In this document: positions 28,622 to 37,885 of the stretch, piece after piece
How the letters are laid out: every line of letters starts with the position of its first letter
Position numbering within the stretch: the first letter of the stretch is position 1
From: Tequatrovirus LF73P3
Sequence record: OZ035756.1
Reading direction: 5' to 3' (one strand)
Length of the DNA stretch: 64,000 bases
Notes under the pieces: model-generated
What the model saw: the letters and a program-made list of their open reading frames with translations, nothing else
Database searches by the model: none
What the model was told of the DNA's origin: nothing
Position numbers and translations under genes: made by a program

Positions 28622-29635
28622 TCATTTATAATAACTTCGATGGTTTTCAAGATAAACCCTCTCAAGGAAGTCATCCCAGAAACCCATGTCTACTTTTTGC
28701 TGCATACCGTTCTTAGAAGCTTCAATGGATGCTGCTTCTACTTGATCGACCACATCTTCCAAAAACTCTTGAACAGTTTTAAATGGATGTTTACCCAACT
28801 TCACGTCGAGAATAAATGGAGCGTCTTGAAGTGGATAGACTAAGTCACCAGTTTTGTAAATTTCCAATAGTTGGAGTCCACCACGGCAAGCATGACTCAG
28901 AGCTTTCCAGTCAATGCCCTCATTCGCTTCAGCCTTACGAGCACGTTCGCCGTATTCAGCATCAAGTTTATTCAAAGATTGCTTAAGCTCGATAAGAGAA
29001 AGCGTTGTCTGATATTTACGACCCAACACAGTGTAGAACGTTTGTGGACCTGTTTTCTCATGATTATGGAACACCCATTCACAGAATTCGTTCTCTGGAA
29101 GACGATGCTTAATATCTTCAATCTTAGTTCGACGTTGCTTAATGGAACCGTCTTCTTGATAATCAACCCACTGATCAGGGATTTGATTAACTACTTTCAA
29201 TACATCACGTAATGCGGCCAAACGAGAACCCTTAACACCGTATTTAGAAGCTTGCTTGCGAACATATCCTAAGTAGGATTTCATGTTAGTCGTATAAAAA
29301 CGAGAACGATTGTCTTGAATAAACTTCCATACATCAGGCAAATCAGATTTAACTACCAGTTCAGGTGGAGTGTGGAGCATATCCAATGCTACAGTTTCAC
29401 CATCTGCTGCTAATTTAAAGAAATACTTAAGACTGTATAGTTCATGGTCAATATCATCTTTAGTGTTTTTAGATGATGTGTTGTTAGTGTTTTTACTCAT
29501 ATGCTCTTTAACATTTCCGATAAGAATATCACGAGCAGGAGGAACAAAGATTTCTTTAAAATCTACATCAGATTCTGGAGTAGAAGTTCCATAAAGATGA
29601 CTACCAAAATAGCTTTTCATTACTGTTTTCATCAT
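28622..29635 (-). CDS. Minimal nucleotidyltransferase (MNT/ANT-type) with C-terminal helical domain, 337 aa
   Basis: N-terminal signature GSHLYGTSTPESDVDF (GS-x3-G-x5-SD-V-D) plus downstream acidic LDMLH. Confidence 0.6.
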   Translation of the reverse strand: MMKTVMKSYFGSHLYGTSTPESDVDFKEIFVPPARDILIGNVKEHMSKNTNNTSSKNTKDDIDHELYSLKYFFKLAADGETVALDMLHTPPELVVKSDLPDVWKFIQDNRSRFYTTNMKSYLGYVRKQASKYGVKGSRLAALRDVLKVVNQIPDQWVDYQEDGSIKQRRTKIEDIKHRLPENEFCEWVFHNHEKTGPQTFYTVLGRKYQTTLSLIELKQSLNKLDAEYGERARKAEANEGIDWKALSHACRGGLQLLEIYKTGDLVYPLQDAPFILDVKLGKHPFKTVQEFLEDVVDQVEAASIEASKNGMQQKVDMGFWDDFLERVYLENHRSYYK

Positions 29636-30117
29636 TCAGCCTTATATTCAATAACAGGACATACTTTAGCTTTACGCGCTTTTAAAAATTCGACGATAAT
29701 AGATTTCTTGGGTTGAATAGGCTCAAGTCCATTTTTGATTCGTTCTTCGTTTTGTACAATGAGCTCAATTTCTTTATTGAGCTTTCGGTCGTTATATTTG
29801 TCTAACAACCAGGAAGGACCAATTACCGCCCCGACAGCAATAAGAACCATGACCGATAATGCTAAAATGCCTATACCAATTGAAGCTGGAATTAATGTCC
29901 ATAGACTACTAAAGACAAAGAATTTAATTAAAATTTCTTGGCCAATTATTGCAGCACCTGTTAAAGTTGCAAATCCAACAATTGAAACCGCTAATACCGG
30001 GAGAAACGTTTTCCAAAAATAAGCACATAACGTTTTTGGACGATTCCATGTGCTGTTAAATGCCGAGTAAATTTTAAAGTGCCAAGAGTTTTCATTAATA
30101 ATCATAATTATAATCAT
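29632..30117 (-). CDS. Membrane protein (161 aa), translationally coupled to the nucleotidyltransferase
   Basis: Several hydrophobic helices (FLPVLAVSIVGFATLTGAAIIG; IGILALSVMVLIAVGAVIG); stop overlaps NTase start. Confidence 0.5.
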   Translation of the reverse strand: MIIIMIINENSWHFKIYSAFNSTWNRPKTLCAYFWKTFLPVLAVSIVGFATLTGAAIIGQEILIKFFVFSSLWTLIPASIGIGILALSVMVLIAVGAVIGPSWLLDKYNDRKLNKEIELIVQNEERIKNGLEPIQPKKSIIVEFLKARKAKVCPVIEYKAE

Positions 30118-30635
30118 CCTTTCATTGAAGGTGTAACAGTTGTTAAATACTTAATCATAGCTTCAGCTTCTGATTTTGATAATGAAATTTCTCCATTGTT
30201 TTGACGAATAGAAATAAAATCCGGATGACGGTCACCACCAGCTTTTAAAACACACATATAAGTATCAGTTTCATCTTCAATATCTGAAATGATTGAAGCA
30301 GTTCCACATGAATGTGGTTTTTGATAAATCAATACAGCTTTTCTTCCACCGTTTGACTGCTCATAAACTTTTAACACATCAAACAAATCACTTCTTTTAT
30401 CAATAGCTAAGATGTTGTTTTCATCTTCAATGTTAAATCCTTCGGATACTTCATAAAGTGTCACCCATAAATCACCAATATCAATAACAGCGTTCACTTT
30501 TCCATGACTTTCAAGAGCATTACAAATTTTCTTAATTTCATCATAACTCATTTTAATAATATCATCTCCTTGAATAAAGAAGATGTCATTTTTAAATTCA
30601 ACGCGAATTAAACCACTTTCACTTGAAATAAACAT
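30114..30635 (-). CDS. Hypothetical protein (173 aa), weak paralog of upstream gene
   Basis: C-terminus SKSEAEAMIKYLTTVTPSM resembles TKDEAIALKTYLDSVIPTM of the 30642..31199 product. Confidence 0.45.
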   Translation of the reverse strand: MFISSESGLIRVEFKNDIFFIQGDDIIKMSYDEIKKICNALESHGKVNAVIDIGDLWVTLYEVSEGFNIEDENNILAIDKRSDLFDVLKVYEQSNGGRKAVLIYQKPHSCGTASIISDIEDETDTYMCVLKAGGDRHPDFISIRQNNGEISLSKSEAEAMIKYLTTVTPSMKG

Positions 30636-30641
30636 ATTTCC

Positions 30642-31199
30642 TCACTTTGAAATCATAGTTGGAATGACAGAATCAAGATAAGTCTTTAGCGCAATAGCTT
30701 CGTCTTTGGTAAATGTGACAATATATGAACGAAAATCATCAATTTGACGAATAGTTAAGACATCTCCATCTTCATAACATTTTGATACATTTAAAACAGT
30801 TTCATCATTTTGATTGCAAGCGTTAGTAATAATAGCATTGCAATTTTTGAGCCATTTTAAACTATGTTTTCTTTCATTAGAATAATAAAAATATTTAATC
30901 TTATCTATAAAACTATCCCAATGGATAACTGATAAACACATTGACTCACTTTTAATATTAAATCCTGGGCATGAAGAATAAAAATGAATTTTGTGCTCAT
31001 CATTGATGCTTACTATTTTATCAGTATAAGGATATTCTATTTGGATTAAATGAATGATTTCACTAGGCGTAAAATATAGCATATCGTCTTCTTGCGTCAA
31101 ACGATACATGTTATTTACTTTTTCTATAGCCAATTCACCAAAAAGCGGACTAACTTCTAATACTAATCGTTTCATATTGATTCTCTTCGACTCACTCAC
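30642..31199 (-). CDS. Hypothetical protein (185 aa); apparent GTG start
   Basis: First gene of a four-gene early operon; AGGAG RBS upstream of GTG. Confidence 0.45.
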   Translation of the reverse strand: MSESKRINMKRLVLEVSPLFGELAIEKVNNMYRLTQEDDMLYFTPSEIIHLIQIEYPYTDKIVSINDEHKIHFYSSCPGFNIKSESMCLSVIHWDSFIDKIKYFYYSNERKHSLKWLKNCNAIITNACNQNDETVLNVSKCYEDGDVLTIRQIDDFRSYIVTFTKDEAIALKTYLDSVIPTMISK

Positions 31200-31333
31200 A
31201 ATTACATACTCCTTTGAATAATATCAATAATGTTGTTCACCAGATTATAAGTAAACATTGGATAATTATATTGAATCATCACATACACAACAAACAAAAC
31301 TTTCATTCTCTTCTCCTTGGCAGTTGACAAGAT

Positions 31334-31366
31334 TACTATATCATAACCTTGCCAACTTGTAAACCA
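31334..31366 (-). promoter_or_regulatory. T4-type early promoter (operon 31199..28622)
   Basis: Minus strand GTTTAC-18 nt-TATAGT. Confidence 0.5.
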
Positions 31367-31529
31367 TTAAATGACGTTTTCAATAAAATTCTGAAGCTTT
31401 GTGTGAGCATCAACCATGATTTTCATTTCTTCCTTTGCGAAAGCTGTACCTCTTTCTCGAGCAGAATACTCATAGTCAGAAACTGCATTAGCATATTCTT
31501 CAATTAGCTTCATTAAAAACATCTGCTTT

Positions 31530-31724
31530 TCAGTTTTCATTATTCCACCTAATCATTTCAAGATATTGAACTAACTTAGCTTTGGATTTATCCAAATCCT
31601 TTTTAGCTGCTTCTATACCATCGTATGAGTATCCTTCACAATGCTCAACTGCTAATTGATATGAATCTATTTCAACATCACGTGCTAATTTAATAATTTT
31701 TTCAAACTGTTCACATGTTAGCAT
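31530..31724 (-). CDS. Hypothetical protein (64 aa)
   Basis: Small acidic ORF. Confidence 0.35.
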   Translation of the reverse strand: MLTCEQFEKIIKLARDVEIDSYQLAVEHCEGYSYDGIEAAKKDLDKSKAKLVQYLEMIRWNNEN

Positions 31725-31726
31725 AC

Positions 31727-31966
31727 TTAAACTCTCGTATTATGATCGATAATTTCATCAAGAAACATATCTAAAGCTTCTACAGCATTATCAACTTTAG
31801 CTTCAAATTTTTCAATACCTTTATTTGCAATGCCTGCCGAAAACCAAGCAAAGTCACTAAGTTCCTCATCTGCTTTGCGAATTAAAGCTACCAATTCTTT
31901 AATTTTATCTGCTTGTTCAATTCTAGTCATTATTCCACCACATATGAAAGAGAGAATATTGCACAC
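31727..31966 (-). CDS. Hypothetical protein (79 aa)
   Basis: Small ORF. Confidence 0.35.
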   Translation of the reverse strand: MCNILSFICGGIMTRIEQADKIKELVALIRKADEELSDFAWFSAGIANKGIEKFEAKVDNAVEALDMFLDEIIDHNTRV

Positions 31967-32118
31967 GCCATATGAGTTGCAGCTTCATCACACATATCAT
32001 AACGTTTCTTAAGAAGTTCTACAAGTTCTTCACTAGTAACTTCATCCATGTCGACGAAAAAATCACCATTAATGATGACGTAGATATTTCCTTCTTGATT
32101 GAGTGCTTCAATTTTCAT
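31930..32118 (-). CDS. Hypothetical protein (~62 aa)
   Basis: Start trimmed to [10 protein letters not shown] with AGGAGAA RBS; the track's 5' extension overlaps a promoter. Confidence 0.35.
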   Translation of the reverse strand: MKIEALNQEGNIYVIINGDFFVDMDEVTSEELVELLKKRYDMCDEAATHMACAIFSLSYVVE

Positions 32119-32145
32119 GATGTTCTCCTCTTTATCCGATGGTTG

Positions 32146-32178
32146 TATAGTATCACGGCTCAAATTGAAAGTAAACTG
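32146..32178 (-). promoter_or_regulatory. T4-type early promoter
   Basis: Minus strand GTTTAC-18 nt-TACTAT. Confidence 0.55.
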
Positions 32179-32192
32179 GTAAAATGAAAAAA

Positions 32193-32210
32193 GTCTCCCG
32201 AAGGAGACTA
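32193..32210 (-). terminator. Intrinsic terminator
   Basis: Minus strand AGUCUCC-UUCG-GGAGACU followed by UUUUUU. Confidence 0.7.
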
Positions 32211-32213
32211 ATG

Positions 32214-32600
32214 TTATTCGAGGGAAAGAAGATATTTGCTCTGGTAAAACATCCCAGTAATATCATCTATCGTGCTTTGAATGGCTGGAGGCATTTCTTT
32301 ATAAATGCTGTTAGATTGGTCTAGTATGTGATCAATCATTTTAATTGTATCGGTAGGAAGTTTACTGGCATCTGGAATAGAAGGCGTGTATTTTCTACCA
32401 GAATACCCTAAATATTGCTCACCAAATTTATCAATCAAATCTGGCAATTCAGAGAAAATAAAATCGTATGCTTTGTGTCTAGCATAACTTTTAGTTTCAA
32501 AATGTGCAGAATGAAAATAAGCTTGTGCAGCCATTAATAAACCTAAGTATTCATCTGCCTTTGAAGGTTTTCCACTTTGTGAAAAGTCGCTGAATTTCAT
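32214..32600 (-). CDS. Hypothetical protein (128 aa; T4 rI.-1 position)
   Basis: Synteny immediately downstream of rI. Confidence 0.45.
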   Translation of the reverse strand: MKFSDFSQSGKPSKADEYLGLLMAAQAYFHSAHFETKSYARHKAYDFIFSELPDLIDKFGEQYLGYSGRKYTPSIPDASKLPTDTIKMIDHILDQSNSIYKEMPPAIQSTIDDITGMFYQSKYLLSLE

Positions 32601-32890
32601 TCAGTCTCCAATTTAATGTTCATAATTCTAGCGTATGATTGTGCCATCTCCGCGCCTCGCTCTATACATTCAAAATCGGAAGAGCACGGGTCATTTTTAT
32701 AAGTCGTTCGCATAAAACTATAGAACTGTTCAGATGATTCTACGCTTTTATTTTCAAAAAGCATATAAACGTGTCTAATACCAGATTCCATAAATTTATC
32801 AAAATGAGGATCGACATTCGCTTCAATTGGTGGAGATAAAGCAAACGCTAATCCTAGCATGGCAAATAGTGCCGTTGCTTTTAAGGCCAT
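32597..32890 (-). CDS. rI: Lysis-inhibition regulator RI
   Basis: 97 aa with N-terminal signal-anchor (MALKATALFAMLGLAFALSPPIEA); size and position as T4 rI upstream of tk. Confidence 0.8.
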   Translation of the reverse strand: MALKATALFAMLGLAFALSPPIEANVDPHFDKFMESGIRHVYMLFENKSVESSEQFYSFMRTTYKNDPCSSDFECIERGAEMAQSYARIMNIKLETE

Positions 32891-32902
32891 AAAGGCCTCC
32901 TA

Positions 32903-33115
32903 TCATTTTTGTCCTGTATTTACTTTATGCCGATGCACGGCCTTAACTTTATCAAGGTATTTTTCAAAATTTCGCAATCTAGTATAGTCTGCCGGAGATT
33001 GGTTGAGTGATACTTCTCGACGCAAAGCTGAAATGATATTTCCAACTTCCCTACGAATTTCATCTAATTGAAGAACAGTAAGATTGCGAAGTTGCTTTTC
33101 AGTTAATTGTAGCAT
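32903..33115 (-). CDS. Hypothetical protein (70 aa)
   Basis: ORF between rI and tk. Confidence 0.4.
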
Positions 33116-33157
33116 ATATACCCCTTTAGTTAGATAAACCTATTTATAACTTTTGCA

Positions 33158-33739
33158 CTAACCAAGCTTTTTAGTTAATTCATTCCAATGTTTTCTACAC
33201 AAAGAAACATAAATTTCATCACCAATACAGATTTGATTACCTTCTTTAACTGGCGTTCCATCTTCCATTAATCGAGCTGTCATAATAGCTTTTTTACCAC
33301 AATGACAAACTGCTTTTAGTTCAATAAGTTTATCTGCAATCGCCAAAAGTTCTTTAGAACCTTCAAATAATTTTCCAGCGAAATCAGTCCTTAGTCCATA
33401 AGCCATAACAGGAACATTATATGTATCAACAATTCGGCTTAATTGATGCACCTGTTCAGTTTTTAAAAACTGGGCTTCATCTACAAATACACAATGAATA
33501 TCCTTTTGTGCTTCAGCCCATTTATAGAACTCAAAAATATCCATATCATCCGTAATAATATTCGCTTCCTGCTTAATTCCAATGCGAGAAACGACTTCAC
33601 AGACAGAATCACGAGTATCAATAGCAGGCTTAAGAACTAATACACCCATTCCGCGTTCTTTATAATTATGCGCAGCAGTCAAAAGAGAAGCAGATTTTCC
33701 AGCATTCATTGTTGCGTAAGTAAAAATTAAACTCGCCAT
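33158..33739 (-). CDS. tk: Thymidine kinase
   Basis: 193 aa; P-loop MNAGKSASLL and zinc-ribbon CHCGKKA...CRKHW typical of type II thymidine kinases. Confidence 0.93.
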   Translation of the reverse strand: MASLIFTYATMNAGKSASLLTAAHNYKERGMGVLVLKPAIDTRDSVCEVVSRIGIKQEANIITDDMDIFEFYKWAEAQKDIHCVFVDEAQFLKTEQVHQLSRIVDTYNVPVMAYGLRTDFAGKLFEGSKELLAIADKLIELKAVCHCGKKAIMTARLMEDGTPVKEGNQICIGDEIYVSLCRKHWNELTKKLG

Positions 33740-33748
33740 ATCACCTTC

Positions 33749-33934
33749 TTAAAGCGTATTCACATAAGCTATTAATTCGTTTTCTTTCTTATCAAACCGA
33801 TCAGCAAATTCTTCTTGTTGATCGGGAGATAGCGGGCCGTATTCATCATAAAAGGTGTTTGCTTCTGTATGCTCATCTAGAAGTTCATGGATAAGCTCAA
33901 ACAATTTATCTTTTTGTTCTTTACTCAGACTCAT
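33749..33934 (-). CDS. Hypothetical acidic protein (61 aa)
   Basis: ORF. Confidence 0.35.
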   Translation of the reverse strand: MSLSKEQKDKLFELIHELLDEHTEANTFYDEYGPLSPDQQEEFADRFDKKENELIAYVNTL

Positions 33935-34100
33935 ATATTAATTTCCAGGAGTTTTAAAATAATTCGCTTTTGCTTAAATATTTCCATAGTTAAATGACCA
34001 GTATCTTTTTGACCGATTCCAATGGCAAAACCTTTATTGACAGCGAGTTCAATTAAATTATCAAGCTCACGTAACACTTCATATTGTAACTCAAAACTAT

Positions 34101-34328
34101 TCATTTCGGTTTACCTTCTTTAACGAAATCGGGATAAGGATAAAATCCTGAATAAAATCCTTCACCTTTATGATTGATGCATCCTTTATTAGAACAATAG
34201 CACCAATAATCGAAATCACAAGCCATTTCATCATTACATAAAGCAAAAACAACTGGCCATTCACACTTTTCGCAGTGGGCATTTTTAAGAATACTTGTTT
34301 GGCTCATAACCATGTAACCTTTAAACAA
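34101..34328 (-). CDS. Cys-rich small protein (75 aa)
   Basis: Multiple Cys pairs (CEKCEW...CNDEMACDFDYWCYCSNKGC). Confidence 0.4.
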   Translation of the reverse strand: MFKGYMVMSQTSILKNAHCEKCEWPVVFALCNDEMACDFDYWCYCSNKGCINHKGEGFYSGFYPYPDFVKEGKPK

Positions 34329-34516
34329 TATTCTTCTACGTGTTGTTTACGACCTTTCTTATCAATAAAGGTATATTCAACGAATGTTCCAATATAGTCT
34401 TTATCTACACCATGTGGACTATTAATTGGGCATTTAGTACGGCAAATGCGTTCCCATTGACGAATAATTTCCACTTTGTTTTTAGGATCAAACGGATGCG
34501 GGTAATGTACTTTCAT
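34304..34516 (-). CDS. Hypothetical protein (70 aa)
   Basis: ORF. Confidence 0.35.
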   Translation of the reverse strand: MKVHYPHPFDPKNKVEIIRQWERICRTKCPINSPHGVDKDYIGTFVEYTFIDKKGRKQHVEEYCLKVTWL

Positions 34517-34967
34517 AATCCACCACTATTAAATCAATATCAGGAGTAAACATGTCGATTAATTTAGAAACCTTATCCCAATCGCCGCCAGCAATACCGC
34601 AACCTATACGTGGAATGTAAATTACTGGTTTAAACAAAAGGGTTTCTGCCTGTAGATTTAATTCTATCATGCAGTTTACTAAAGCACCATAATCAAGATT
34701 AGGACCCGGTTCGTATTGTGTATACAGGTTATAGCATATACCAAATCCCGTAGGACTATGTTTAAAAACAATAGACATATCGCCTAATTTATCACGAGAA
34801 CCGTACTCGGTAGTGGTTTTATCTATTTCTAAAATTTTGGGATAGGCTCTTGCTAATTGACCCGCTACGCCAGAGCCCATTGTGTGGAAGCAATTGCACC
34901 CGTGCGCAATAATATTACCTTGAAGAAATAGGGCGACAATATCGCCCTTGATATATTTTACAATCAT
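34488..34967 (-). CDS. Macro-domain protein (candidate ADP-ribose binding/hydrolase), 159 aa
   Basis: Macro-domain-like motifs GNIIAHGCNCFHTMGSGVAGQLA and IPRIGCGIAGGDWD. Confidence 0.5.
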   Translation of the reverse strand: MIVKYIKGDIVALFLQGNIIAHGCNCFHTMGSGVAGQLARAYPKILEIDKTTTEYGSRDKLGDMSIVFKHSPTGFGICYNLYTQYEPGPNLDYGALVNCMIELNLQAETLLFKPVIYIPRIGCGIAGGDWDKVSKLIDMFTPDIDLIVVDYESTLPASV

Positions 34968-35311
34968 CTAGTACTCAATCCTCGATTATAAGAATCTACT
35001 AAACGGTCAACCATTGAATGACAAGCGGCTTTATCTTTCTCCTCCGCAACTGAACATTCTAAGGTATTCCACTTTTTAGCATATCGTTTTAACAATGTAT
35101 CATTTTTGTATCTGCTTGATTTATCTCTTTCTCCGTCTTTATATGCATATATTAATTTCTGCGCAAATTCAGCTTGGCATGCTTTATTTTTCCCACAATA
35201 ATCCGCGGCAGTACGGTTTACATACTCTCTAATTTCAGTATATGATGTATCTGCTAACGCAGAAGCAGAAAATGAAATTAATCCTATACATAAAACCAAA
35301 ATTTTAGTCAT
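34964..35311 (-). CDS. vs: Secreted protein (115 aa) in the position of T4 vs
   Basis: Signal peptide MTKILVLCIGLISFSASALA; size and synteny as T4 vs. Confidence 0.55.
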   Translation of the reverse strand: MTKILVLCIGLISFSASALADTSYTEIREYVNRTAADYCGKNKACQAEFAQKLIYAYKDGERDKSSRYKNDTLLKRYAKKWNTLECSVAEEKDKAACHSMVDRLVDSYNRGLSTR

Positions 35312-35849
35312 TTACTATTTCCAAAAGTTTATTATTTTTAAGGTAATTAGCCTTTTCTAGGACTTCAGAAGCATATTTAGAACCTGCTTTAACATTCCAT
35401 CCCGAATTATAAGAGGATATCGCCTTTCTTATATCGCCCTTATGTATATTTAACCAATAAGAAAGTTCAATGTACGCCCAGGAAGCTGAATTGGACCGTT
35501 TATTCAACATTCTTTTTATTTCAGCATCGGTCATATTATAACCAAGTTCCTTAACTCTTGCTCGCATAGTAGGCAAATAATTTTGGAACATTCCATAGGC
35601 ATGATGCTTTGGTTTAGATTTTAAATTAACTCCGGCAGAGCTTTCTTGCCATAAAATAGCAGCCATTATATGACCCAATCCGCTCTTGTGGATATTTTTG
35701 TGTGTTTTATATTTTCCATCCTTAGAAAATTGTTCCCCGAATTGATACGCGTAACGCATGTTATCGAGTTGGACATTACTGAAAGTATGCTCGGAGCTAT
35801 GTGCCATCATTGAAATGGCCAATAGACCAGCGAGTAGTGCTTTTCTCAT
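35304..35849 (-). CDS. Periplasmic lysozyme/transglycosylase-like protein (181 aa)
   Basis: Signal peptide; region AAILWQESSAGVNLKS resembles SLT-family catalytic E-S motif. Confidence 0.45.
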   Translation of the reverse strand: MRKALLAGLLAISMMAHSSEHTFSNVQLDNMRYAYQFGEQFSKDGKYKTHKNIHKSGLGHIMAAILWQESSAGVNLKSKPKHHAYGMFQNYLPTMRARVKELGYNMTDAEIKRMLNKRSNSASWAYIELSYWLNIHKGDIRKAISSYNSGWNVKAGSKYASEVLEKANYLKNNKLLEIVND

Positions 35850-35856
35850 GCTTACC

Positions 35857-36318
35857 TCATTGAGTTTTAATTACTGCTTTAGAAGCCTTTCCTGGTAAAC
35901 GACGGCTGTTGATAATTGCCATTCTACACTGAAGTGACGGGTCTTTGAACTTCGCATTAGGTTTACAAACTGTAAATCCAAGCCAAAGATTTCCATCTGT
36001 GATTTCTAAACGCCCAGGACGATATTCAACCCCATCAATAAAATCTTCGTCAATATCAGGGCGTGGAGGCATACTCAGGAATTCATTAACTTCTAAAACA
36101 TGGTCTTTTATTTTGTGGAATAATTCAAAAACATATGTCTCATCAATCTCCCGTTGAATTGCACGATCAAGAAGATGCTGAGAATATTTTAGATGAAACG
36201 ATGAGACCCCTGCTGCTTTTGATGCCTCACGAATCTCATTGTTAATTTGACGAAACTCCGACTCAAAGTGACGACGAAGCTTATTTCGACGGATAAAAAC
36301 TTCTGTGTTGATAGTCAT
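35857..36318 (-). CDS. regB: RegB sequence-specific endoribonuclease
   Basis: 153 aa; size and position as T4 regB with its own early promoter just upstream. Confidence 0.75.
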   Translation of the reverse strand: MTINTEVFIRRNKLRRHFESEFRQINNEIREASKAAGVSSFHLKYSQHLLDRAIQREIDETYVFELFHKIKDHVLEVNEFLSMPPRPDIDEDFIDGVEYRPGRLEITDGNLWLGFTVCKPNAKFKDPSLQCRMAIINSRRLPGKASKAVIKTQ

Positions 36319-36344
36319 GTTATTCTCCTCTTAACTGATAGAAA

Positions 36345-36376
36345 AATTATACCACAGTCAAGAGGAAAAGTAAACA
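36345..36376 (-). promoter_or_regulatory. T4-type early promoter upstream of regB
   Basis: Minus strand TTGTTTAC-18 nt-TATAAT. Confidence 0.65.
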
Positions 36377-36377
36377 A

Positions 36378-36698
36378 TTATTCTTTAAATCTAATCAATT
36401 TATTCATAGACTTTGAAACTTCTGCACGGACCTCATGTAGGTTTTTGAGCTGTTCAAGACGCTGCTCATAGTAAGCAATTTCATCTTCTTCGAGACAGTC
36501 CTGTGAATCTTCTTTAAGATAACTTGCATAGTCCTGGAAAGCTTTACGGACTACTTCTTGGAAGTCATCAAGACTTTGAATTTTCTTAGGAGCAACAGAT
36601 ACACGACGAGGGGCAGTATAATACTCATAACCAAACCCTGCGCTTAATTGAGCCATTAATATTTTTCCTCTGGTTGGAACACAGCACGACAAGCCCAC
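36378..36698 (-). CDS. Hypothetical protein (106 aa; vs.3 position)
   Basis: ORF. Confidence 0.4.
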   Translation of the reverse strand: MGLSCCVPTRGKILMAQLSAGFGYEYYTAPRRVSVAPKKIQSLDDFQEVVRKAFQDYASYLKEDSQDCLEEDEIAYYEQRLEQLKNLHEVRAEVSKSMNKLIRFKE

Positions 36699-36922
36699 AT
36701 ACTGGCTTCTTTGAGTTTCGTTTTAGCAATAGTTAACTGATCGAGACTTTCAGCATAATTCTTCGCGAATTCACAGTCTTCACAATTATCTAGCGCTTCC
36801 CAGAACTCATCATATAAAGCATCAAAGATAAGTCCTAAACGAACTTCAGCATCTTTGATAGCATTCACTTTACTGATTTTATCGTCAGTATGTGGCTTAT
36901 AACCTTTAATGTCTTCAATCAT
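36656..36922 (-). CDS. Hypothetical protein (88 aa; vs.4 position, candidate Acb2-like)
   Basis: Assignment by gene order only (fourth ORF after vs, counting regB); sequence not independently recognised. Confidence 0.3.
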   Translation of the reverse strand: MIEDIKGYKPHTDDKISKVNAIKDAEVRLGLIFDALYDEFWEALDNCEDCEFAKNYAESLDQLTIAKTKLKEASMWACRAVFQPEEKY

Positions 36923-37136
36923 ATTTTACTTCCTCACCTGTTTCCAAATCATATTCAACTAAACGAATAGGTTCATGAATGCCATATCCTTGAACAGAAA
37001 TTTCTGTCGTAGGATAAATTCCATTAATATCACCCATGTTCCACGCTTCATTAAATTGCTGTTCGCCTGAATTACTAAACCACTCGGCGAAAGCATTTAG
37101 CACATCTTCAGAACCTTCAATAATTATCTTTGCCAT
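36915..37136 (-). CDS. Hypothetical acidic protein (73 aa)
   Basis: ORF. Confidence 0.4.
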   Translation of the reverse strand: MAKIIIEGSEDVLNAFAEWFSNSGEQQFNEAWNMGDINGIYPTTEISVQGYGIHEPIRLVEYDLETGEEVKYD

Positions 37137-37498
37137 TACAAACTCTCGGTAAAGGTACGAGCGATAACGTCGCGCTGCTGTTCCGGAGTCAGAGAGTTAA
37201 AGCGAACTGCATAACCGGATACACGGATGGTCAGCTGCGGATATTTTTCCGGATGCTTAACTGCATCTTCCAGAGTTTCGCGACGCAGAACGTTAACGTT
37301 CAGGTGTTGACCACCCTCGATTTTAACTGTAGGTTGTGTTTCAATTTCAATTTCACGGGCATGCAAACCATAGAAAATTTCTGGGTCTACAAAAGAGTCC
37401 TCTTTAAAAGTTTTAGAGACAATAATTCGTGCTTGAATACCATCTTCAAAATAAATAGTACCTTTATGCGTGCCTTCAAGAATTTGATATGCTTTCAT
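37136..37498 (-). CDS. Glycyl-radical cofactor protein (GrcA/YfiD-like)
   Basis: C-terminal ~60 aa identical, as far as I recall, to E. coli GrcA including the radical motif RVSGYAV; this half is GC-rich unlike the AT-rich phage N-terminus. Confidence 0.9.
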   Translation of the reverse strand: MKAYQILEGTHKGTIYFEDGIQARIIVSKTFKEDSFVDPEIFYGLHAREIEIETQPTVKIEGGQHLNVNVLRRETLEDAVKHPEKYPQLTIRVSGYAVRFNSLTPEQQRDVIARTFTESL

Positions 37499-37504
37499 AT
37501 AACC

Positions 37505-37885
37505 TCAATTAGAAAATAAATTTATCCAAGATTGTTCTTTAATTAAAAATGGCTCAGAATCATATGCCATTAAACTTTGGGTGATTAGTCCTTTAAAAGG
37601 TCCATCAATAAATTCCATGGTAAAATATGGAATTTTATTCATTAATCTTGCATTAGGAGCAGTGCACAAAACTCTGCATCCTTTGAATACACCTTTTTGT
37701 AATTTGTATTGCTTAGGATAAAATTCGCTCAAGACGTTGTTATTTGCCAAAATTTCAAAATGATTCACCAATTTATTTTTAACAGTTTTTGGCGAAAAAT
37801 AAAGATATTCGAAAAGTTGCGTGTCTGTCATCATTGCATTCCGATTATGAAAAACTGTGGACGAGTAATACCACCAATGCAGCAT
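37505..37885 (-). CDS. Hypothetical protein (126 aa)
   Basis: ORF. Confidence 0.4.
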   Translation of the reverse strand: MLHWWYYSSTVFHNRNAMMTDTQLFEYLYFSPKTVKNKLVNHFEILANNNVLSEFYPKQYKLQKGVFKGCRVLCTAPNARLMNKIPYFTMEFIDGPFKGLITQSLMAYDSEPFLIKEQSWINLFSN

